64,000 nucleotides of DNA from Cenococcum geophilum. Lineage: Eukaryota. The notes below the pieces were generated by a model. It was not told the origin of the DNA, ran no database searches, and was given only the letters and a program-made list of their open reading frames with translations. Position numbers and translations under genes: made by a program. Positions 28,001 through 39,175 of the stretch are shown in pieces. How positions within the stretch are numbered: position 1 is the stretch's first letter; each line of letters opens with the position of its first letter. Where the stretch lies: the NCBI GenBank assembly GCA_050273025.1, contig CP158635.1, positions 6,510,001-6,574,000 on the forward strand, read 5' to 3'.

Positions 28001-29249
28001 CTTCTTTCTTAAGCTTAGCTCCAGCCTTAGTTTAATTAGGCTTCTATAGTATTCTTATCTTATTTTAAAAGTTTTAAATTTTACTTATCTTATCTTAAGA
28101 GTCTTATACCTTTAGGAAACTTCGTCCTAAGCTTATTTATATATTACTAAACTAAGCCGTTACTCTGCTCTATTAGTTATCGTCTATTATAGGTTCTTAA
28201 GCGTATCTTATTCTGTTTTAGGAATCTTAAGCGTCTTTTATTTCTTCCTAAGAATCTTAAGCTTTTAGCCTTTTGCCTTTATTAAGTGCCAAAGTAGTTT
28301 ACTGTTTTACTTCTCTTATATCTTATAAAGCGATAGATATTATATCTAGTGGGGTCTTAATCCCTACTAACGTTCCCTATTTTATAGTGGAATTATCTTT
28401 TACCTCTTTTATAACATCTCTAAGGTCTATATACTTCTAGCAAGCTTCTTTTATTACCTTATTATTATTAAATACTTCGCCTATATTAAATTTATTATCC
28501 TTAATATCCAATCTACGAGATAGTTTATTAGTTCCTCTAAACTTTAATAATTTTAGCTCTTATAGCTAATAGCTTACACTATACTTAGCGTCCTTATAAA
28601 TTTAGTATACGTTATTATAACAAAACGCAAAACTTCTAATTAAACACTCTTTTGTTCCTTATAGTATACTATTATCCCTTTATATATATATATCTTCTAC
28701 TAGTCTCGTTTCTTTTACTATATAGTAACTCTAACTACTTCTATAGTTTTTAATGTAATAACCTTATTTTCCGTAATTTATATAAGCTCCTTTTTTAAAC
28801 CATTTTTCTTACTATAGAGTTCGCCTAAACGTCTTCTGCTACTAAGATCCCTAGTTTAGCCTCTACTTCTTAGACCTTTAATTACTTAATCCTTATCCTC
28901 TAGGTTTTTATAGTTGTTTATTTTATTTTTGTTTTCTTTAGTACTACTTAGGTCTATTAGCTCTACGCTATACTATAGTTTCTAACTTTAACTTTATTAT
29001 TATATGCCTTGCGCCTTATATAACTGTAGAACTCTATCCTAACTTTTCTTAGTCTGCTCTCTTTAGTAGATCCTACTATTAATCTTAATTACTTAATTAA
29101 TTAAATCCTAAGAGTATCCGTATCTTTTATTAGAATAATTATATCCTAGACTTTTACTTTAAGTCCTTGCTTATACTATACTATAAGCGCCTTATTATTC
29201 TATTTAACTTATATTACTAATATTTAAAACTATATTATGTATTTAATTA

Positions 29250-30236
29250 GTAGTAACTCTTTGATTAACGTCTGATACGGATACTACTGGCCCACGCGGA
29301 CACTCCACACAGGGGAAAACTTGTGTATTTACAGGAAGAAAACCCCTGCAGTTGGGGGAGGAAAAACCCCGATTTGCCATGTTTGCACGTAGCAGCGGCC
29401 CTACAGGCCTATAGCACGTCCTCCTCCTTAGATGTTTTGAACTCCTTGGGAACCACTGCTTCCTTCTCTTCAGCTTATCCAAAGCTGGGGTTCACTACGT
29501 CCCAACTAGGCCTTGCCGATTGATTGATTGCCGTGTGCTTATTGTCTCCTTTTTCTCCCATATCTTGACCGTCCCCTATATGCTATCTCTTGTTGACCAT
29601 TGCCATATACGCCTTGCCTCCCCCCCCCTAGAGCCATCGAAGGCGTAAGGGGGATTCATCCATTCTAACTACCGTAATACTGACAGCGGGATATATTGTA
29701 TTTGGGTATCTTTTATGCCTAGGCCCCAGCTAGGCCCTCTCTAAGGGTCACCACTCCGTCAAAAGGAGACAAGGAAAACCGTGGGTCGCAATCCAGGCTG
29801 CGGTAGTATTACGGCAGTAATAAAATGGCGAGTGACCGCATGCTCCGCGGGCGATCGCTCTGGGGGTTAAGAGGGGCCGTATATTTGCTCGCTACTCGTT
29901 TGTTCGCGCTCGTTCGTTCGTTAATGTAAGGTCGTCGATGCTTTCAATTAGGGGTCGGGGACGTTGGATTCTATCTTGTATCCGCGAGGATTACACAGGG
30001 TTGAATAGGAGCGTAGCAGTTGTCTACTATGAAGGGGGTAACCGTTAGTAGTGGTTTTCGAGATCTCACCATCCCATGTGAAAACTTTTCACTACCCCCC
30101 ACAACATTTCGACCACCACCACAACGACCTCCTACCCGCAGCTGTGCGACGTCTCTGCGTTGGCTCTGCTAAGTCCAAAGACCAGCAGGTTCGTAGGCCT
30201 CACCACGTACAGGTGCAGAGTCCGATTTCGAGGACC
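29250..30236 (-). mobile_element. Non-autonomous non-LTR retroposon (SINE/SIDE-like, 987 bp), copy 1, inserted in gag of A'
   Basis: 15-bp TSD TTATGTATTTAATTA (29235-29249 / 30237-30251) and a 3' tail ...gttactac on the minus strand. GC-richer than its flanks and homologous in opposite orientation to 62425-63435. Confidence 0.9.
30153..30236 (-). ncRNA. Predicted HDV-like self-cleaving ribozyme, copy 1
   Basis: Minus strand: P1 GGTCCTC/GAGGCCT (G1-U wobble, one mismatch), P2 CTCTGC/GCAGAG, P3 ACC/GGT with L3 TGTACGT, P1.1 GT/AC, P4 CTGCTGGTC/GACTTAGCAG, J4/2 AGCCAAC. Confidence 0.8.
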
Positions 30237-30824
30237 TTATGTATTTAATTACTAAGGTTCTTTATACTAGGTTTTAAAGTTTTTATTCTACTATAGTAGA
30301 TACCTCTAGGTCTCTAAATATCTGCGTTAAGCGTTCTATAAACCCGCTCTAACTTAAGAATATATATTATACCTCCTGGTTAGTAATTGGTATACTATAT
30401 TTCTATACCTCTATAAGATAAGGCTTAAACTACTTAAGCGCTCTTCCTATTAAGAATAATCTTATATAAGCGACTTAATCTATAGGCGTTTCTAGTTTAA
30501 CTCCTTTCTATATAACCTTAAAGTGCATTTATATAAGGAATCCTTTAAGTTTTAACTTCTCCCCTAAGAATCGCTTAATTAAGGGTAACTTAACCTTAGC
30601 TGCTCCGATTCTATTAATCCTCTCTTTAAATATCCTATTATTGTCTATTAATTAATTAACTATTTCCTGTAGCTGTCCAACGGTAACTAGCTAAGAGTTA
30701 GTATCTGTTATACTAGTGTCGTTACCTAATCCCGATATAGTCGCTACCATTAATACTATTATGGCTACTACTTTTAGTAGCATATTATTTAACTTTATTA
30801 ATACTATAACTTTAGTAGTAAATA

Positions 30825-31246
30825 TATAACGAAGCCTTATAGTAGGAACTACGGTAGACTTATTAACAGGCTAGGTATATAGGTAAATAAGAAGTTAATA
30901 ACGTAATAATAACTAGTGGAGTAGTTGCCTAATAAATTAACTCTAATTATATTCTGAGATTTACTACGAAGAAAAGAACTATCTAGGTAGGGACTGTAGT
31001 CTTTTAAATATATAATACTGCGCCTAAGAAATACTTAAGTATATAAGGTACGTAAGGTATATAAGGTATATAAGCAGACCTTATAAATCTTATAGATTAA
31101 TAGATCTCCTCCTATAATTTGTTATATAACTTAGCTACCCCTTATCCTATAGCTTAACTAGTTCTAGCACCTCCCACACTTCCACTACTAGTCTATTTAT
31201 ATCTCTTCCTAGTAGTGCTATTGCTGCCGATATAAGGTCCGTAATA
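30825..31246 (-). repeat. 5' LTR of A'
   Basis: tataacgaagcc...ggtccgtaata. Matches 5356-5748. Confidence 0.9.
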
Positions 31247-31659
31247 AGTAAACCATTAAATAAATTATTAACTTTAAATACTTTAGTAAAGGCAGAGGAT
31301 AATGGCTCTACTATAGAGCTATATATATAGGATTTGATATAAATTAGCTAGAATGGTAACTATAGAAAGACTTTAAAAATATAAAGGATTTAATTAGTGA
31401 CTTTTACTATACAAACCTATAGAAACTAGGCTTAAGTAGAGATTTTATACCTAATCCTTGTCACGGCACTAACCTAACGTATACTGTTTTATACTGTCTC
31501 GTACTGTCTTATACTGTTTCCTACTGTTAACTAGCCCACCACTAGCGCCTTGGCGGCTGGCCCTACTATTTATATACAATACCCCCTTTTACCTTCTTCT
31601 CCTCTTTATACTATAACGTAGTTATTTAGTCTACTTTATTGCAGCACCGTAATAGTTTA

Positions 31660-31964
31660 TCCCATGCGCTGTTGAGGTCGTTTAGGAAATGTGACCTGTG
31701 CGCGAACACCAAAATATTATAATCGTCGCAACCATAGTATCTAGATAGCTTTCTGCTTCAATTAAACTACCATAATGGGTCGTGAACGTTCTTCTAACGA
31801 TCCAGATATTGCCCAACCTGGCTGGTATATATATATACCAAATTCGAGTTTTATTATCGCGATATTGCGTTATAATTAATTAATCAAATCTAGAGCTTTA
31901 TTTTGTTAAGGCTGCGTCAAATCTAGTTCGCTTACCAAACGACCTTTCTCAATAGCGCATGGGA
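31660..31964. mobile_element. Putative 305-bp MITE with TA target duplication, at the primer-binding region of Gypsy D
   Basis: Inverted termini tcccatgcgctgttgag..gtcgttt / aaacgac...ctcaatagcgcatggga flanked by TA on both sides. The interior is less RIP-damaged than its flanks. Confidence 0.6.
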
Positions 31965-32087
31965 TAGTATCCCTAATTGCGCCCTATTATAACCTTTATT
32001 TTTTCCTAGTTTATTATTCCTGTTTTCCCAGTATAATTACGACCTAGCGCGACTGATAATACCATACTATAAGTCCCAGACAACCCC

Positions 32088-35000
32088 AGCACAGTTATAG
32101 ATAATCTTAGTACTATAGCCAGCCTTATAGACTTTAATTACCTTATATAGATCCCTTAAAATAGGCGACTATAGTATAGATAATACCCCGTTGGCGAATA
32201 TACGCAAAGCACTCGCCTACCTTTTTAATACCTCCTATACCCACATTGCCTAGGCAATTAGGAGTAGCCCGGAGTACCCTAAGGACCTTAACATAACAGG
32301 AACCTTCCAGCACCTCTTTATATATACAACTTTCCTAGCTAGCGTTAAGAGCGGTTTCTAAGCCGTCTATAATAAAGGCCGAACTATAAAGTCTTAACTT
32401 AAAGAAGCTTAGCATAGAATTAACTCCCTTAAAACGCTTAAACTATATATATAACAATACGAACAGTAAGCCTTTAGATTACTATACTTACCCAGACTAT
32501 TGCCGACAAAAATATTACTATTAGCTCTCCTTTTCTAACTAAGCCCTATAGAAAAAAGTATAAAATAAAAGATTTAACCCTATTTAATAGCAAGGGATCA
32601 CCGACTAAAAAGCAAGAAAAATTTAAAATATAGGAAATAAAGATTTAAGGCGTTTTCCGGAGGAATATAAAGTGCTTTAAGACCCTAATAGATAAAGTCC
32701 TCTATATATTAGACATACTAATAGATAAAGCTTATAACTATATTAAGCATAGCCTTAATATGCTATGCATACACCTAAATAACTTAAGTAAATAGACCTT
32801 CTCTAACTAAGAGTCTATGTTTGTGTATATAAGGAAGTACTATAAGACTATAGATACAACCTAAGCAGCTAAAAATAAGCTAGATACCTTAAGCTAAGGT
32901 AAGCGTAACTACTAGTCCTAGAAAGCAAAGCTTAATAAGTTAATAATTAAAGCAAATAAGACTAAGGAACAAAAAGTGGATCTACTTAAGAAGAATATTT
33001 CCTCTAAGATAAAGGACCTAGCTCTTACCCTTAGCTATAAAATTGGCGATACTAACTATAAAGGCTAAAGCGAGCAGATGGATATATTCGCTTATAACCT
33101 CTAGAACTATACCTACTATACTAAGCTAAATACCGCTAAGCTAAGTACCGCTAGCGGCTATTAACCTATATTACTATAGAATAACCTAATAGACCTTAAC
33201 GCCGTTAAGTTTAGCAGTAGTAGTAATAGTCTCCCTAATAACATCTAAAGATATTATACGGATAATAGACTTTATATAGCGTATAGTCAACCTAGTTACT
33301 AGAAAGATGCTTACGACCCCTAAAAGAACCTAAATCCCCTTTTAATGCTACCGCGCCAACTCCCTTCTAGCCGTGGCGGATTCTTTAATAGAGGGGATAG
33401 TAATTAAGGCGGTAACCGTGGATAAGGATATAGGTTCGGATATAAAGACCTACCCCTATAATTCCCTTCCCTAATATAGTTTTAGCCGATAGTCCTGTAC
33501 GCAAACTACGGATAAGTACTCTATACTATTACTAATTATAAAACCGGCCGTATTATTAGTAAAGTACCCTCTAGCATATATACACCGTTAGAGACCAACA
33601 CGTTAGGATATACTAGCTAAGACTACAGCTACTAGCTAAGCCCTACAATTTAGCTATTAAAAGGCTAACCCTTAGACTAAGTCGCCTTTAAGGGTCAAAA
33701 CCATACGGGGAGGAGGATAAAAGGATTAGATTTATACTACTAGATTAGTTAGACCTTATTTTAAGCTAGCTACTACTTAACCTTAGAATAGTAAATAGTA
33801 ATAGGAATGCTATTCTTATTTAGACCTACCTCTCCTTACTGCGTAACCTACTCCTATAAGTTCTTATTAAAACAATAAGCCTTATTAATACTAGTAGTAT
33901 AGTACTAGCGTTTGTAGATAAAGACTCGCTTATAAAAAAGTATAATATTATAATAAAAAGACTTCTAGTCCTAAAACCACTCCGCTTTACCAATAAACTC
34001 CCATCTAGGTTTATTACCTACTACTTTATAGCAATGATAACAATTAGCCACTATATAGAATCTATACTCTTTTATATTATAAAGTTATTACCCTCTATAC
34101 TAGTAATTCTTAGAATGCCCTAGCTTAAAAAGTATAACCTAAGGGCAGACTTCCCCGCCCTAGAGCTTAAGTTTAACTCTAATTACTATACCTATAACTA
34201 TTTCCTATAGTATATTCCTAACTATAACTAAGTAGTACTATATAGACGCATCGCATGACTAACGCTTAGATACTATTAGCTAATAGTAAAAGAGGTACCT
34301 AATACTAGTAAGCTAATATACGCAGTAAACTAAGCAGAGATTCTGGAAGACTAAACTACCGCTCTATCCCCTAAAAAATAAACACTGCTAGAACTATAAG
34401 TCCCCCGTATATACCCGCTTAACCTAAGTTAGCTAGTAAAATACCTAACCCTAAGTTATTTACCATATATATATGCGACCGCATATATAATAGCTAAGGG
34501 CGTTATAGCTAAGACCGAAACTAGAGCAATTAAGACCTCCCCCCTATAACGCCTAACCTTATACCCGTCTCCCGCGCGTACTATATAGGGCCGCCGCCTC
34601 ATTTCCGCCCCCCTAGGCCAACTAAGCTATACTAGCCTAGCTATAGCACCGGGGAACTGAATGCGCCCTAACCTGGACGATATTAGATACACTTATACTA
34701 TTAATTTTACCTAGTTCTATAAATAAAAAGACGTAAAGGTAATAAGGATCTATATAGCGGAGCTAGTAAAACTAGTTAAATAAAAAGAGCATTAATAGCT
34801 ATTTAAGGAGTTACCTATAGGCCTAATAGAAGTACCGAACCTATTAGAAAGGTTTTTCTACTAGCTAGTAGAAGGCAACTATATAATGGACAAAGCCCGC
34901 AAAGCGCTACCCCCTTCTTTTTATAACTTCCTTAAGACAAACTTAAAAATAAAGTCTAAGTCTCTACGCCAAAAGATAGTTAATACTAATATTAAGAAAT

Positions 35001-38000
35001 TTCTAAAAGGCAAACTAGAATTAACCCGTAAAGATATTTTATAACGCTTACTAAAAAAGTTTCGCGAATATATTAAACACTTCCTCCCTAAAAATATAGA
35101 TAAGCTGCCCCCTTACCGACCATAGGACTATAAAATTAAGATTATACCCGGAAAGTAGGCCCTATATTATAAAAATAGACTACTCTTACCTACTAAACTT
35201 AGTTGTGTAAAAAAGTGGATTAATAAGATATTAAATAAGGGTTTTATCCGCGAATCGACCTTACTAGCTACTATATTACTCCTCCTTACTATAAAACCTA
35301 GCGGCGGTATATAAATCTACTATAACTACCAAGGCCTAAATATAGTTACTATTAAGAATTAATATCCATTGCCACTAGTCTATAAGACACTTAATACACT
35401 CTATAGTACTAAGTACTTTACTAAGCTTAATATAATTACTACGTTTAACTAAATCCAGATTGCGGAAGGCTATAAGTAGCTTATAGCATTTATCACCCAG
35501 TTTAGGCTCTATAAAATATTAGTTATACTATTTAGTCTCTATAATGCACCCGCTATATTTTAAAACTATATTAACTATATTCTATATAACGCCCTTAACG
35601 ACTACTGCACTACGTATTTTAATAATATCCCTATCTTCTTAAAAACACGCGCTAAGTATACGAAATATATAAATAAAATTATCTAGAGACTTAGTAATAC
35701 TAGACTCCAGATTAATATTAATAAGTCTAAGTTTTATACTACTAAAACAAAATACCTTAGCTTAATTATCTTAACTAACGGCATAACTATAGACCCTAAG
35801 AAGGTACAGGCCTTATAGGAATAGAAGGACCCAACATTAGTTAAGGAACTACAGTAATTTCTTGGCTTCGCGAACTTCTACTAACGATTTATCTAAGGCT
35901 ACTCTAAGGTAGTTAAGCCCATAACTAGGCTACTAAAGAAGAGCATTAGCTAGTTATAGGGCCCTAACCAAATATAGGCGTTCTAGACCCTAAAAACAGC
36001 GTTGTCTATAGCACCGGTCCTAGCATATTATAACTATATAAAGAAGACTATAGTAGAAACAGACGCCTTGAACTAGGCTTTAGGTAAAGTACTTTATTAA
36101 GTCGATAAAAGTAATAAGCTTAAGCCAGTTATATTCTTCTTTGCTAAGCACTTAGCCCTTAAATATAACTATAAAATATATAATAAGGAGCTCCTAGTAA
36201 TTATTAAGACATTAGAAGAATAGCGCCCCAAACTATAAGGAACTAAGCAGCTATTTAAAATTATTATAGACTATAAAAACCTCCAGACCTTTATAATAAC
36301 GAAATAATTAAACTAGCGCTAAGTCCGCTAGGCTAAGTTCCTTTCCTAATTTAACTTTGTTATTACCTATAGGCCCAGCACTAAAGCTATAATCCTAGAC
36401 GCTCTTAGCCGCCTCCTAGGTGTTATACCTGCTAATGCTAATAATAAATGTCTATAATACCAAGACCGCGTTATCTTACCACTAAAGAAAGTTAACCCTA
36501 CTATCTTAGAAGAGCTACTAAGCAAATCCCAAGACTAGAACATTAAAGACTTTATTATAGTAATAGACCTAAAGCCTAAGAAAAAACCCCTTAAGGAGCT
36601 TATTAAGAATGCCTATATAGAGAATAAACTCGCTAAGAATATATTAGCTGCGCTATATAAATAGGAAGACTATAAAGCACGCCGTTAGCCTAAGCAGATT
36701 AGAAAGCTGCTCCGCTATAATAAATCTAAATATTTAATTATTAACGGCCTAATCTACTATAGGAATTAAGTATTTGTCCCTAATTTACCTAAACTCTAAC
36801 TAGAAGTTATATACTATATATATAGTTTAGGCCCTACGGGTTACTTAGGCCGCGTTAAGACACTAAACCTCCTTAATCGAATATATTAGTGGCTAGGTAT
36901 TTTATAGTTTATAGCTACCTTTATAAGAGACTACGCTCTCTACTTCTATATAAAAACCCTACGCTTAACACCACCTAGTTTCCTAAAACCACTAGAACTA
37001 CTAGTCTGCCTATAGACTAATATCTCTATTAACTACGTCGTTAATCTACCTAAGTGCCTTTGTAACGGCAAAATATATAAATATATCTTTGTTATTGTTA
37101 ACCGCCTAATAAAGATAAGATACTTTATTTCTATTACCAGCCTAAATACTAAGGAGCTTGTTAAAGCATTTATTTACACTATCTATAAGTTATACGGCGC
37201 TCTAAATACTATTATTTCTAATAGAGGCTCTTTATTCGTTCTAACTTCTAGCGTTACCTAAACTAGCGCCTAAAGGTAACCCTAAGCCCTAGCTTTATAT
37301 GGCACCCTAAAATAGATAGTTAAACCAAGATTATTAACGCAGTAATAAATAAGTACCTATGTATCTTTATAAGCTTTACCTAAGACAACTAAGTAGATTA
37401 GCTCCCCCTTACCAAGTTTACTATAAATAACTAGGTTAATAAGACCACGGGAATTTTACTGTTCTTTACTAACTATAGCTATAACCCACATCTAGGTATT
37501 AAACCAGTAGGCCCCTAGCTATTAGCCCTATCTATATATATAAAAAAGGAGTACCTATAAGCTAATACTATTATTAACCGCTTTAAGCGCATCCTAATCC
37601 AGCTTAAAGCCCTGGCTTATATCTCCTAGTAACGATATAAAGATAACGCTAATATAAAACGAGATAAGGGTATAATATTTAAAAAGGATAATATAGTTAT
37701 AGTTAGCCTTAAAAATATAAAGACTAACCGGCCTAAGAGAAAGTGGGATAATAACTAGGACGGACCTTAGCCCGTCCTAGCTGCCTATAAAGGAGTAGTT
37801 ATAGTTAACCTCTTAGACTATATCTGTGTTAATAAGTCTTTCTATACTTTAAAAGTCCGCCTTTAGTTCCCTAAAGAGATCTCTAGTTAAGTATATATTA
37901 ACAAAGAGGAACGTTATAATATTATAGGTAGGATAGCTAAAAGGGATAATGATGGCAATATTATAGACAAGTAAGAATTTAAAAAAATTCTTAATATATA

Positions 38001-38210
38001 TAATAAATAAATAGACGAGCACGGCTTAATATATTATATTAAGTGGAAGTATTATAATAAGGAAACCTAGAAACCTAAGAAATCCCTAAAAGGGTATAAG
38101 CGCGCACTACTAAAGTTTTATAAATAATACCCTAAGAAGCTAAAACCCCTAGACTGGGCATAAAATAAAAGAGAGTTATACTAAAACCGTGGCCGACCAC
38201 GAAGATAATT
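32088..38210 (+). pseudogene. gag-pol relic of Gypsy D
   Basis: Gag and pol relics: 'ILRMP.LK', RT 'LPPYRP.DYKI', RNase H 'ETDALN', 'YNKELL.I', integrase and chromodomain 'IKWK'. Ends are approximate. Confidence 0.82.
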
Positions 38211-38982
38211 TATAGTGGTTAAGATCTTATAGAACTTTAACCGCCGGTTAAAGTTATCTAATTAGTTAGTTTTTTGTTAAGAAGTGCTATGTAATAGCGG
38301 TATAGAGTTCTGCTAACTTTATTTATTAAACTAACTAATTAGGATTTTCTATACCCGGTATAGAAAATTGCTATTAGCTTAGTTAAAAGTGGTAAGTAGA
38401 AGTAATATCTTTACAGTAAAAATAAGTTACTTATTCGGTTTAGGGACCAACCCTTTTAGGGAGGGGAGTACTGTTACGGCACTAACCTAACGCATACTAT
38501 TTTATACTGTCTCGTACTATCTTATACTATTTCCTACTATTAGCTACCCCACTACTAGCGCCTTAGCGGCTGGCCCTACTATTTATATATAATACCCCCT
38601 TTTACCTTCTTCTCCTCTTTATACCACAACGTAGTTATTTAGTCTACTCTATCGCAGTACCGTAACAATCCTTTATAGGAGCCCTTATAGAGTTAAACCG
38701 TTATATATTACTATATAAGGGCAAATTGCCGTTAGATTACTGTTAGATTATAATAAAGTGCGATTCCGTAACTGGAATATTATTAAGATATCTAGGAACT
38801 TTAACTAGCGGTTAAAGTTATTAAATTAGTTAGATTTTTAGATGCCAAGCTTTATTATATAACGTTATTTTAAGCCTTTAGCAATACCCCCCTTTCTTCT
38901 TTTTTATACCTTAAATGTCCCTTTTATATATATATAGTAACCATAGCGTTGCTAGAGCTCCGCCTTTATAGAAGGGGGGTAG

Positions 38983-39175
38983 TATTATAAAACCTTACTA
39001 TAGGGGCCTCTATAGGAGAGCCCTATACTCTTATATATACTTTATATATAGCTTATATTAGCTACGCGTAGGTATATTACCTCCTTACGCCCTTAACCCT
39101 TATAATTAATCGCGTAACGTCTTATAGACTCCTTAAATATATACACTCTATAGCTACTACCTCTATGTTATAATA
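38983..39175 (+). repeat. 3' LTR of the plus-strand family C copy
   Basis: Heavily RIPped reverse complement of 52710-52902, preceded by a PPT. Confidence 0.85.

Larger units (their letters stand above)
5356..31246 (-). mobile_element. Ty3/Gypsy chromovirus A' (relative of family A with a different U3), RIP-degraded, interrupted by five insertions
   Basis: LTRs at 5356-5748 and 30825-31246, with the PPT complement ctatctcc right after 5748. Body segments 5749-6466, 14428-15042, 18109-18906, 25014-29249 and 30252-30824 join into a sequence colinear with A2. RT YLDD relic at ~25880-25905. Confidence 0.9.
31459..38667 (+). mobile_element. Complete Ty3/Gypsy chromovirus D (7209 bp, RIP-degraded)
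   Basis: 196-bp LTRs at 31459-31654 and 38472-38667, TSD ATCCT (31454-31458 / 38668-38672), PPT ggggaggggagtac. RT at ~35100-35800 and chromodomain at ~37970-38160. Confidence 0.95.
31247..39175 (+). mobile_element. 3' end of a Gypsy family C copy on the plus strand (chromodomain, 3' UTR, PPT, 3' LTR), interrupted by Gypsy D
   Basis: 31247-31385 is the reverse complement of ~39176-39315 (chromodomain region). PPT gaaggggggtag lies at 38971-38982. The 193-bp LTR at 38983-39175 is the reverse complement of 52710-52902. Confidence 0.8.

Noticed and set aside
29323..30248. Protein-coding gene in the GC-rich island
   Set aside because: The island is bounded by a 15-bp TSD, and the second copy at 62425-63435 has indels that do not preserve these frames.
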